This document shows, in pieces, positions 9,301 to 17,123 of a DNA stretch of 39,005 bases. How positions within the stretch are numbered: the first letter of the stretch is position 1; each line of letters opens with the position of its first letter. Under the pieces are notes generated by a model that did not search any database, was not told the DNA's origin, and was given only the letters and a program-made list of their open reading frames with translations. The stretch spans positions 1 through 39,005 of the forward strand of contig JBHHYI010000018.1 in the NCBI GenBank assembly GCA_046757525.1, written 5' to 3'. Source of the stretch: a bacterium. GTDB taxonomy: Bacteria; Zhuqueibacterota; Zhuqueibacteria; Oceanimicrobiales; Oceanimicrobiaceae. Made by a program: the position numbers and the translations under genes.

Positions 9301-10011
9301 GAATTCGGCATTGTCGATATCGTCCATGACATAAAACACCTCTTCATCCGGCGTGGTGGCATCGTCGCCCAGAAAGGCGGGCCAGACAAACCGGCCCAGC
9401 GTTGGGTTAAACCAGGACTGGGGCCAACTGTCCGGCTTGCCGTCGAGATCGCGGTCCAGGTCGGCGAACGTGGCCAATTCATTGGAATTGGGATCTGAAA
9501 ATCCAAGTTTCGGTTCCCACCCCCATTTGTTGCTAGTTCCCGGTTCAAAGTCTCCGTCAACGAGGCGAATGAAGCCATCATCGACGATGTGAATGGTATC
9601 CCCGTGCACGTCCACGACTTCGGCACCCACCAGCGGGCCGAATTCAAAGGCGTAGCCCAGGCCGTTGGGGCCCTTGGGCCAAACGAGATCCGCATTGGAA
9701 TTGTCTGCTGCCGGCGTTGAGATCGAGCCCTGGTTGGTCAGCAATACCCGAATTTGATTGCCGTCGATGATGGTGTCCTTGCGCCTTTCGTGCCGCGGAT
9801 CTTCCTGCAAGGCTTTGTCGATGGCATTAAGTTGTCTCTGAACCAGCTCGTAGCGTTCCAACGCCGGCAGTGTTTTGAAATTGTCCTGGTTTTGCTCCTG
9901 GGCAAAAGTCCGGCCTTGAAGGTTGAAACACAGAACAGAAGAAGCGATCAAGGTTGTTACAGTTAGCTTTTTCATTTTTCTCATTGAAATAAAAGTTTCT
10001 AAAGTACCCAT
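6382..10011 (-). CDS. Large acidic secreted protein with Ca-binding DxDxDG loops, FN3-like domain and T9SS-like C-terminal domain
   Basis: Signal peptide, DLDRDLDG / DNDNDG / DLNINGMLD motifs, PGDEKVTLYWD...YKIYRS...YFYAVTSYD, and C-terminal VVPNPY...RIYTIVGELV...GIYIYHV...FALIK. Start may be 9984 or 9975. Confidence 0.8.
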   Translation of the reverse strand: MGTLETFISMRKMKKLTVTTLIASSVLCFNLQGRTFAQEQNQDNFKTLPALERYELVQRQLNAIDKALQEDPRHERRKDTIIDGNQIRVLLTNQGSISTPAADNSNADLVWPKGPNGLGYAFEFGPLVGAEVVDVHGDTIHIVDDGFIRLVDGDFEPGTSNKWGWEPKLGFSDPNSNELATFADLDRDLDGKPDSWPQSWFNPTLGRFVWPAFLGDDATTPDEEVFYVMDDIDNAEFDYFPFPDDSTKRGLGLEMRVRLFQFNNPLAEDIIFLVYTITNTSPKTLDKVFLGMFGDPHIGGPNDFADDFADFISAFNESFLPDTRNMLFAFDEDGVGDGGKIPGYFGYRFMESPGIDNDGQDNDNDGLTDESSFNDAGTFLFGPIGRFGDPKLHWSGDEDGDWSPEFDDVGVDGIAGTGDFGEGDGKPNQLFFLDLNINGMLDAGEPTSERREEGMRFLGGEPNFGFLDIAESDQLGLTSFNALLFGGNNRPKFDELMWNLMSTPNQRPTDPPPQIEDEADNVFIYGSGPFKLRPGESQRFSIALLLGQDLNDLLSNAQISQQVFEADYRFAKPPNKPRLVAVPGDEKVTLYWDTGAEASFDPFVARANPKEPEKGFDFEGYKIYRSQDFSFNDTQTITDSRGIPFLSVPLKQSNGVPAQFDLINEFSGLSEIEFAGRGVRFDLGNNSGLAHTFVDSNNVVNGVTYFYAVTSYDHGDVKAELAPSESQRSIQRDAVTREFTLDVNTAMVVPGPPAAGFADPQVNNGPGDLALRETGNATGRVRVQFLDPFQVVDGKKYEVDFVDVPIDSVNSKVGYSVIDLKPQIRSFVARDTLFVSLFVENLVAGSITVRESSGAEVDPSRYEVDFDRGRIRGTSPGALPDGETFTISFQFKPVANSLSINNEDNNPVFDGLRVFAENEETALDPERSGFKIRETNTNFEVESIGLATLGNPAPFPADFEIHFVDYDTTADGRLVNAPDTTLRQLGGVAAPFTIIDAETGERVRFFIAETVPALRNKRWDFQESITIIRPNFKQFTQTVYQVKFSPPSDTVRTADGTADSLIVFDDPIYPGEGDVFLFFSKKPFEAGDKYSFTTSAPSFDKQEARNALDDVIVVPNPYIAFSASEIAAPRSDQRDDLQIQFRHLPQKCTVRIYTIVGELVDTIEKDDTSDFVTWRLLTFESQQTSYGIYIYHVDAPGIGTKVGRFALIK

Positions 10012-10021
10012 TGTAGCCTGG

Positions 10022-12802
10022 TCAAAACTGCATGGTTAGGCCCCACCTGATTTCCCGGGGCGAGCCCAGGAAATCTTCTCTCCGATAAAACGTGTCCAAA
10101 AATTGCACCGGGAAGAAGTCATCCGGATTGTTCTTGATGGTGTCTTCCAGATTGTTGAAAAGGTTGGGGTTGGTCTTTTCGGCCAAAGAGGTCAGCGAAC
10201 GGCCAGTATCAAAATGCACCCGTTTTTCGTTCTTGTTATCCAGCATGTTTTCTACTTGCATGAAAACGGAAAACCCGAATCCATCCACTTGAAAAAACTT
10301 CTCCACTTTGATGTCAAGATTCGACAAATAGGGTCGGCGGCTGCTGTTTTCCTCAAACTCAACCGCTTGCACCGAAGACGGCACCCTTGGCGTGTACGGC
10401 GTTCCCGATTGAATGGAGCCGATGGCGCTCAGCGACCAGCTCCGGCTCTGGCTAAGGGTGAACGTGGCGTTCAGGGTGTGGGTGCGGTCGAACGACAAGG
10501 GCACAAACCTCTGTTCAGATTGTCGGTCCGTGCGGGTGTCCACCGCAAACTTCAGAGGATTCGTGAAAGCGCCTTCACCGACCTGAAACGTGTAGTCCAG
10601 CGTGCCGGACAACAGCCCGCCTGGCGCCCTTCTCTTCAGCAAGGAAACCGTGAAACCCTTGACGTTGGCGTAGCTGATGTTGGTAACCACGTTGAATTCT
10701 TTGTCTATGGCGACCTCTCCGGCCACGACTCTCCGCGTTTGAATGAGGTTGGTGACGTCCTTGAAAAACACGGTCAAATCGGCCTTGAAGTCGTCGGTGA
10801 ATTGCTGCTGCAACCCCATTTCGTATTGAATGCTGCGCTCCGGCTCCAAATTCGGGTTGCCGAATGTTGGCGTGCGCCTGAAATCGAAATCCTCAAACCT
10901 GGGGTTGGTGTAGATGCTACTGAACGTGGGGTTCTGGTAGAAAAAGCCGTACGAAAACCGGATGATGCCGCGGTCGGTGATAGGGAAGCTCAGACTGAGC
11001 CTTGGACTCACCCGCTGCTTCACCGAGGCGCGTTTCAAGAATTCAGGTCTGTCCACACCGGCGTCGACGGTACCGGCTAAGTCGGGATTGTAAGGCGCCC
11101 GGGCGTCCAGGTATTCATAACGCAAGCCGACGTTGAGAATGAACCGTCTGGACAGCTCCATTTTGTCCAGCACATAAAAAGCACCCTGGATGGGCTTGCG
11201 AACGTAGAACTGAAAATCGGTAAAATTCGGATTCAATTCCGGCAAGGGAATGAAGAATTTTCCCTTAGTTTCGTCAAAGAGCAAGGTAAAATCCTCAAAC
11301 TCCAGACGGTTGTGCCTGAATTCCCCACCGAACTTCACTTCATGATTGGGCAGGACCTGACTGACGAAATCGAATTTGGCTGAAATGGTCCTGGTCTCGC
11401 TGCGAGTTCTGCGTAAATCGGTACCGCCGGCCAGATAAGTTCCGGTTGGCGGTATGATTTGATTGTTGATGTCGTTGTCAATACTGGGCACGTAGCGGGG
11501 GTCAAAGGTGTCCTTAAAAACATGGGTGCGCGAGTTGGTGAAGTTGACCCCTAACTTCAACGTATAGAACGATTTGCTACTGATGGCCTGGGTGATCCCT
11601 ATGGAATTGCTGGTGTTGTTGTCAAAGGTCTTGGGGCGTCCGTCCGGGGTGAATCTGAAGCGGCGAAAATCTGCGCGCCGAAATCGCTCTCCATCATCCA
11701 GAATCAGGTCGTAGGTAATTTTGAGCTTGGGACTGGGCCTCCAGGTGAGTTTGCCGGTGAAATTCAAATCCCGGCTGCTGACCATAGGCACGATCTTGCG
11801 GTCGCCGCTGGCGCCCGGGCCGCCGGACAGGCCCTGAGGGTCGATGGACACTTTGTCGCCTTGCAGGGACAGGAGGTCGCCGGTGTTGTACACCCGGATG
11901 CCGTACAGATGGCCTTTGTTGTTCTGGCGCACGCCGGAAGTGAAAAAGGTCACTTTGTCGCCAAGCAGCGGCACCGGGCCGCCAAAGGTCCATTCAAAGC
12001 GACTGTTGTTCAACATGTCGATGCTGTCGATGTTGAAAAAGATGTCATTGCGGTTGCTGAAATGGTCCCCGGTCCAGAATTTGACGCTGCCGTGGTAATC
12101 GGGCCCGCCATCTTTGGTGACAAAATTGATGACGCCGCTCAGGGCGTTGCCGTATTCAGCACTGAACGTGCCAGTGGAAACGGAAACTTCCTCCACCGCG
12201 TTGGTAGCCAGGCCTACCGATTGACGGTTGCTAAAGGGATTGTTGATGGCAACACCGTTCACCTGGTAGGCGATTTCATTGGAACGGCCGCCGCGAATGT
12301 GCAGGGCGCCGTCGTTGTCCTGCACGATGCCCGCCTGCAAGGCGATCACGTCTCGAATCTGATCGACCGGCAAGGCATCGATCCTTTCCGCGGTGACAGC
12401 CACCAGCGTGTTGGTCAAATCCTGGCGCACCAGTGGGTTTCGTTCCCCGACCACCTCGACCGCTGCCATCTCCACCGCACTGGGTTTCAACGCTTCGTTA
12501 ACCGTGCTTGTGAAGTCCACATTGACGCGGACCCCCTTGACGCGCACCGTCTGGTAGCCGATAAAGGTAATGTTTACCGTGTACAGTCCCGGTGGTATGT
12601 TGAGGATCGTGTAGAACCCCTCGACGTTTGTGGCCGCACCAAGAGAAGTGCCTTCAAGCTGGACGTTTGCGCCCGGCAACCCTTCGCCACTCTCAGCATC
12701 GGTGATGCGCCCGGCGATCTTGCCCGTGGTGCCGCTGAACAGAGAGCTCGCAAGAATCAGTACCGCGCCCACAATTAGTGCGGCATTCAATCTCCTTCGC
12801 AT
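10022..12802 (-). CDS. TonB-dependent receptor with N-terminal carboxypeptidase-regulatory-like domain
   Basis: GTTGKIAGRITD...LPGANV, plug LHIRGGRSNE...FSAEYGNALSGVIN, GNPNLEPE, C-terminal Phe. Confidence 0.93.
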   Translation of the reverse strand: MRRRLNAALIVGAVLILASSLFSGTTGKIAGRITDAESGEGLPGANVQLEGTSLGAATNVEGFYTILNIPPGLYTVNITFIGYQTVRVKGVRVNVDFTSTVNEALKPSAVEMAAVEVVGERNPLVRQDLTNTLVAVTAERIDALPVDQIRDVIALQAGIVQDNDGALHIRGGRSNEIAYQVNGVAINNPFSNRQSVGLATNAVEEVSVSTGTFSAEYGNALSGVINFVTKDGGPDYHGSVKFWTGDHFSNRNDIFFNIDSIDMLNNSRFEWTFGGPVPLLGDKVTFFTSGVRQNNKGHLYGIRVYNTGDLLSLQGDKVSIDPQGLSGGPGASGDRKIVPMVSSRDLNFTGKLTWRPSPKLKITYDLILDDGERFRRADFRRFRFTPDGRPKTFDNNTSNSIGITQAISSKSFYTLKLGVNFTNSRTHVFKDTFDPRYVPSIDNDINNQIIPPTGTYLAGGTDLRRTRSETRTISAKFDFVSQVLPNHEVKFGGEFRHNRLEFEDFTLLFDETKGKFFIPLPELNPNFTDFQFYVRKPIQGAFYVLDKMELSRRFILNVGLRYEYLDARAPYNPDLAGTVDAGVDRPEFLKRASVKQRVSPRLSLSFPITDRGIIRFSYGFFYQNPTFSSIYTNPRFEDFDFRRTPTFGNPNLEPERSIQYEMGLQQQFTDDFKADLTVFFKDVTNLIQTRRVVAGEVAIDKEFNVVTNISYANVKGFTVSLLKRRAPGGLLSGTLDYTFQVGEGAFTNPLKFAVDTRTDRQSEQRFVPLSFDRTHTLNATFTLSQSRSWSLSAIGSIQSGTPYTPRVPSSVQAVEFEENSSRRPYLSNLDIKVEKFFQVDGFGFSVFMQVENMLDNKNEKRVHFDTGRSLTSLAEKTNPNLFNNLEDTIKNNPDDFFPVQFLDTFYRREDFLGSPREIRWGLTMQF

Positions 12803-12872
12803 TTTTAAACCTCAGGAATGATAATCAGATTGTGAAATGTAAATTAGAAAGGTTTAATAAAAAAATTGCAAA

Positions 12873-12901
12873 AATATAACAGATTAAACCGTCATTGTCA
12901 A
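12873..12901 (-). promoter_or_regulatory. Sigma70 promoter of the TonB receptor-PorV operon
   Basis: Minus strand reads TTGACA, 17 nt, TATATT with an extended -10 TG, about 70 nt upstream of ATG 12802. Confidence 0.75.
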
Positions 12902-12907
12902 GAGAAA

Positions 12908-12923
12908 TGTGAAAGGGTTTCCA
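12908..12923. promoter_or_regulatory. Possible LacI-family operator
   Basis: TGTGAAAGGGTTTCCA is an imperfect palindrome resembling TGnAAnCGnTTnCA, just upstream of the -35 box. Confidence 0.3.
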
Positions 12924-13238
12924 TAAAATAGACCATTTCAAAGGCAACTATCAACATGCACCCCTCAAGGGGTTCAGTTTTCTTTTTTCTTTTGTCAACA
13001 TTTTCTTTGCAGAGGAGCGGCGAAACCGCCAGCGGTGATATGTTTATAGCAATTCTTAGGCGTGCAAGGAAGGGGGGTCAGAAACAAGACAGGAATTAAG
13101 TCTATAATAATTAATACCTTATTGCTAAGCTACTTCCTGGTCTACTCACCCTGGCAGTCGAATTATGAACAATCCGCAAAACCTCTCTTCAGAGCGAAGT
13201 GCATACCGGCGCGAAAGGAATAACAATAAGGTTATTAT

Positions 13239-13251
13239 TTTCAAAGTATTG
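13239..13251 (+). promoter_or_regulatory. IHF-like binding site
   Basis: TTTCAAAGTATTG is one mismatch from WATCAANNNNTTR, in an AT-rich tract about 20 nt upstream of the -24 box. Confidence 0.35.
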
Positions 13252-13270
13252 CCAACTATCCCCAAATTTC

Positions 13271-13285
13271 TGGCACGAGGTTTGT
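13271..13285 (+). promoter_or_regulatory. Sigma54 (-24/-12) promoter of the putative exopolysaccharide operon
   Basis: TGGCAC-GAGGT-TTGT gives GG-N10-GT, one mismatch to TGGCAC-N5-TTGC. Confidence 0.6.
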
Positions 13286-13359
13286 GTAACACCTCGCAAA
13301 CATCGAAAAATTGGGAGAAGCTAACGACGGCTGTGCAGATAGTTTGAGTTGTAATAGAG

Positions 13360-13475
13360 GTGGCGCAAACGAGACGTTTGCGTTACGCGGGACGACCGGT
13401 TCATGAAGGGTCGCAACGTTCTTGCAGGCCGTTTTATGCGCAACAGACCCAGGGCAAACGAGACGTTTGCCTTAC
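13360..13475. repeat. Two direct copies of a perfect palindrome GCAAACG-AGA-CGTTTGC (REP-like or operator)
   Basis: Identical 17-mers at 13365-13381 and 13454-13470, 89 bp apart, both followed by NTTAC. The flanking base pair covaries (C-G vs G-C). Confidence 0.8.
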
Positions 13476-13515
13476 ATGGAAGGGCGGCATTAGCTAAAAG
13501 GGAGGACCCTACTTG

Positions 13516-15135
13516 ATGAGAAGTTTTCTTAAAACCAGCGCCATGATTGTGTTCTTTTGCTCCGTATTTCCCATGGCGCCGTTGAGTTTTGGACAGGAAC
13601 TGGCACGGATCGACTTGGTTAAGACAACAACCAGTTTCACGGGTGGAGCAAAACCAACGCCCCTGAGCGAATTAATAGAGTCAGGGGACAAATATGTGGC
13701 GGCGGGTTCCTACAATTCTGCTGCAGCGGTTCTGAATCAGGCATTACAACTTGAACCGGATCGCCAGGACCTGCGACTGCGTTTATCTCGAGTACTCTCC
13801 TGGGCCCGCCGCTACACTGAAGCGCTGCAACAATACCGTAGCATCCTGGAAACGGATCCCCACAACCTGGACGCGATGGCTGGTACGGCACAAGTGTTGG
13901 CCTGGAAGGGAGATTTGGAGAAATCGGTGCAGACGTACCAGCAGGCTCTGTACCAATATCCTCAGCGAGATGACCTGCACCGCGGACTGGGCCAGGTGCT
14001 GGGGTGGCAGGGTAAACTTCGTAAAGCAGAAGCAGAGCTGCGGAAAGCCATACAACTGAATCCTGAATCGCCTGCCAACCACAAGGTCCTGGCCACCATC
14101 ATTAGTTGGCAGGGACGTTATTCTGAGGCGATTCAGAATTACAAACAAGCCATAGAGAAAGCTCCAGACGACCCGGACGCTTATGCCAGCCTGATGCAAG
14201 TTTACCGATGGAGCCGAAGATATGGCGAGGCTCTGCGCACCTACCAGTTAGCTCTGCACAATGTGAACTCGTCACGCGAGTTAACCAAAGAGGCGCAGCG
14301 CTCCCAGTGGAACAAAGCTCTCAAATGGCGGTTCGGCTTTGAACAAGACTACCTCTCCAAGCTTTGGACTGTCAACTTTGCGCTTCCAGCAACTGCTGGA
14401 CTCAGTGTATTTGGAACACACAGTCATTTAGACCGAACCACCTATTTTCGGGATCGCGAAGAGGGCGAGATCAGACATTACTGGTCCAGGGGGAGTTATG
14501 TGGCCATGGGGAGCGCGTTTGCTTCATATCGGTACACATCCGGTCTCAAGCCCGACAACACGGCCCTCAAACGATCTTTTGAAGTGAATGTAAAACTCTT
14601 TATTGAACCGGGTTTGAGAACTGGTCTGAGCATGCGCGTGGCTGTTAGACGCACTAAGTTACAAAACTGGGCTGGAATTACTGGCCATCCGGTGATCTTA
14701 GAGGCCCTGCTCGACCACCGATGGACACGCTGGCTTAAAACCGAAGCGGGTCTGGCCCTGTACCGGGACTTTGATCCCAATCTTGCCAGGACTCTGAAAA
14801 AGCGCACTTTTTCACTATTCAAATTTGCAGCTAATTTTGACCTGCCTGCCAACAGCACGTTGGCGGTGCGCTACATTCCGAATCGTGATTTAGACAATAC
14901 CATTGCCCACAGCTACGAAGCCGTATTGCGCAAGAAGCTTGGTGCGAACAGTTATTTTCTTTATCGTTATCTGCGTGACAGCTATCGCAACTCTGTGTTG
15001 GTTAATCAGCATTATTTGGGCATTGGATTCAGAGCTTTCAATCGATTTCAGTTGGCTTTGGGTGACAATTATATTCAAGGCAGCTACAAAAAGGGGAACT
15101 ATCTCATTCTCAGTGTGGAAAGCCGTTTGTGGTAA
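13516..15135 (+). CDS. TPR-repeat protein with C-terminal outer-membrane beta-barrel (YaiO/PgaA-like exporter)
   Basis: RBS GGAGG at 13501, signal peptide, about 6 TPRs, about 270 aa of alternating beta-strands ending in Trp (LSVESRLW). Confidence 0.75.
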   Translation: MRSFLKTSAMIVFFCSVFPMAPLSFGQELARIDLVKTTTSFTGGAKPTPLSELIESGDKYVAAGSYNSAAAVLNQALQLEPDRQDLRLRLSRVLSWARRYTEALQQYRSILETDPHNLDAMAGTAQVLAWKGDLEKSVQTYQQALYQYPQRDDLHRGLGQVLGWQGKLRKAEAELRKAIQLNPESPANHKVLATIISWQGRYSEAIQNYKQAIEKAPDDPDAYASLMQVYRWSRRYGEALRTYQLALHNVNSSRELTKEAQRSQWNKALKWRFGFEQDYLSKLWTVNFALPATAGLSVFGTHSHLDRTTYFRDREEGEIRHYWSRGSYVAMGSAFASYRYTSGLKPDNTALKRSFEVNVKLFIEPGLRTGLSMRVAVRRTKLQNWAGITGHPVILEALLDHRWTRWLKTEAGLALYRDFDPNLARTLKKRTFSLFKFAANFDLPANSTLAVRYIPNRDLDNTIAHSYEAVLRKKLGANSYFLYRYLRDSYRNSVLVNQHYLGIGFRAFNRFQLALGDNYIQGSYKKGNYLILSVESRLW

Positions 15136-15191
15136 CGAAAGTTCGCAGTGCATGAACGAGAGTTAATGGTTAAAGCAGGAGGAGTCAACCA

Positions 15192-17084
15192 ATGTTTAAA
15201 CGCCGACTCAAGCGTTTCTTGATACTGATGCTCCTAAGTCAATCTTGTCAGCTTTTTGGTCAGAGCCTATTGCAGAAGCATAAGTCCGAAGTGACGCAAC
15301 TTCGGTATCAGCTTGGTCTGGAATTCATTGAAGACAGAGATTATGAGGGGGCGTTGGCGCAATTTCGCAACATTCTGAAAACCAATTCGAGACACATCGA
15401 AAGCCTGCGACGTATTGCTGAAATTCACACCAAGCAAAGACATTTTATCGACGCCATCCTGGGCTATAAGAACATCTTGCAAATAAATCCTTCGGATATG
15501 TCGGCCCGCAACAATTTAGCGCAGGTTTATGCCTGGACTGGCGATCTTGACGCAGCAGAGGAGGAATACAAGAAAGTTCTCACGTACGATTCCACCAATG
15601 TGAATGCACGGGTGGGTTTGTATGAAACTTACACCTATCGCAAAGATTATCCCCGTGCTATTCAGGCTTTTGAGGAGTTGGTGAAGCGGTATCCCGACAA
15701 TGGCAATGTGCTGAGCCATTTGGCAGAAACTTACGCCTGGAGTGGCAATTACCCTAGCGCCATTGATATCTACCGCAAGCTTCTGAAAATGGACCCACGG
15801 AACCGGGAAATTCGACTTAGAATGGCTGAAGTCCTCAGTTGGCAAGGGAACATGGAGGCAGCGATTAAGCAGTACAAAATGGTGGTTGCGAAAGCACCTG
15901 ACTTGTTTGAAGCCTATCGCGGTTTGGCGCAAGCCTATGCCTGGAATAATAATTTTCAGGCTTCGTTGACCGCTTATCAGAAAACTCTGGAATTAAATCC
16001 TGACGATGTGGAAGCGATGTTGGGCCTGGCGGACCTCTATTACCGGAACGGAGATTATGCGGCATGCGAAGGCTACCTCCGCCAGGTCCTTGTGATTGAT
16101 CCGAAAAACCACCAGGCGTTGGCCAGTCTGGGTACTCTGCATAGTAAGGGATTTTACTGGATCAAGAAGGTCGTTTCCCACCTGGAGCTTTGGAGCTTTA
16201 TCGTAATCGCTTTGCTAATTTTTAGGTACTTCAAAAAATACAAGCGGGTTTTCCGTCACGCAAGAAAACCACTTCGCCTGCTGGTCACGTCCATTCCTTA
16301 TGTCATGCTTATTTCGGTAACCGGTCTTGTAGCAACCAGTTTCCTGGGGCCCTCATTAGGTTGGAAAATGGACATCATCTTTGAATCCAGCCAGATTTTG
16401 ATTGTAGGAATTCTCGGCGTGTCTTTTTTTGCTTTTCTGTGGATTTTGCGCTTCGGCACACCGGTGCGGTCGGACACCGTATTGGCTATTGGCGCACACC
16501 CCGATGATCTTGAATTTGGGTGTGGTGGAACGCTGTTAAAGTTCAGAGAAGAGGGCGCGCGCGTAATTGGGCTGGTCCTTTCGCGAGGTACGCGAGGCAG
16601 CATCAAGGGCAAACAGGCCAATCGGAAGGCAGAAGCCCAAAAAGGAGCCTCAGTCCTGCATTTGTCGGAATTGTTGGTCAAGGATTTCCCGGATACTAAT
16701 TTTTCACAAAAAAAAGGCGAGATTCGGGAGATCATCGAGGACCTGGTTAGGAAATACAATCCGAATATCATTCTAACCCACAATCCAAAAGATAAGCATC
16801 AGGATCACCTGGCCGTTTACCAGGCTACCAAAGAAGCGATTCGGGGTCCCCAAACCGTGCTCTGTTATGAAAATCCGAACACACCCTCGGATTTCAAACC
16901 AGACTATTTTGTCGATATCAGCCACTATCTCATGGATAAGGTGCAAGCGCTCAAAGAACACAAAAGCCAGATGGGAAAAGTTTATGCCAAGCCGGAAGTG
17001 GTACGAAATATCGCGGGCTTTCGTGGCACTCAGGCGCGGGTGAAGTACGCTGAAGCGTACTCTACTTTGAAGGTGGTAGAATAG
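15192..17084 (+). CDS. TPR-repeat / 3-TM / PIG-L family de-N-acetylase fusion
   Basis: Signal-like N-terminus, about 8 TPRs, three hydrophobic helices, then VLAIGAHPDDLEFGCGG, HQDH, ALKEHKSQ and YAEAY. Confidence 0.88.
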   Translation: MFKRRLKRFLILMLLSQSCQLFGQSLLQKHKSEVTQLRYQLGLEFIEDRDYEGALAQFRNILKTNSRHIESLRRIAEIHTKQRHFIDAILGYKNILQINPSDMSARNNLAQVYAWTGDLDAAEEEYKKVLTYDSTNVNARVGLYETYTYRKDYPRAIQAFEELVKRYPDNGNVLSHLAETYAWSGNYPSAIDIYRKLLKMDPRNREIRLRMAEVLSWQGNMEAAIKQYKMVVAKAPDLFEAYRGLAQAYAWNNNFQASLTAYQKTLELNPDDVEAMLGLADLYYRNGDYAACEGYLRQVLVIDPKNHQALASLGTLHSKGFYWIKKVVSHLELWSFIVIALLIFRYFKKYKRVFRHARKPLRLLVTSIPYVMLISVTGLVATSFLGPSLGWKMDIIFESSQILIVGILGVSFFAFLWILRFGTPVRSDTVLAIGAHPDDLEFGCGGTLLKFREEGARVIGLVLSRGTRGSIKGKQANRKAEAQKGASVLHLSELLVKDFPDTNFSQKKGEIREIIEDLVRKYNPNIILTHNPKDKHQDHLAVYQATKEAIRGPQTVLCYENPNTPSDFKPDYFVDISHYLMDKVQALKEHKSQMGKVYAKPEVVRNIAGFRGTQARVKYAEAYSTLKVVE

Positions 17085-17123
17085 TGTGTGTAACTTATTG
17101 CATTGTTTATTGAGGAGGCAGCA

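Noticed and set aside
10103..12778. 325-aa and 305-aa plus-strand ORFs
   Set aside because: They are antisense shadows of the TonB receptor, explained by codon bias.
13365..13470. Mini CRISPR array
   Set aside because: There are only two 17-bp units with a 72-bp spacer and no cas genes.
13355..13480. c-di-GMP-I or lysine riboswitch before the EPS operon (GGCAAAC, GGGACG, AGAGGTG words)
   Set aside because: GCAAAC is locked in a perfect palindrome, the GACGCAAAGC continuation is absent, and the other lysine-riboswitch motifs are missing.
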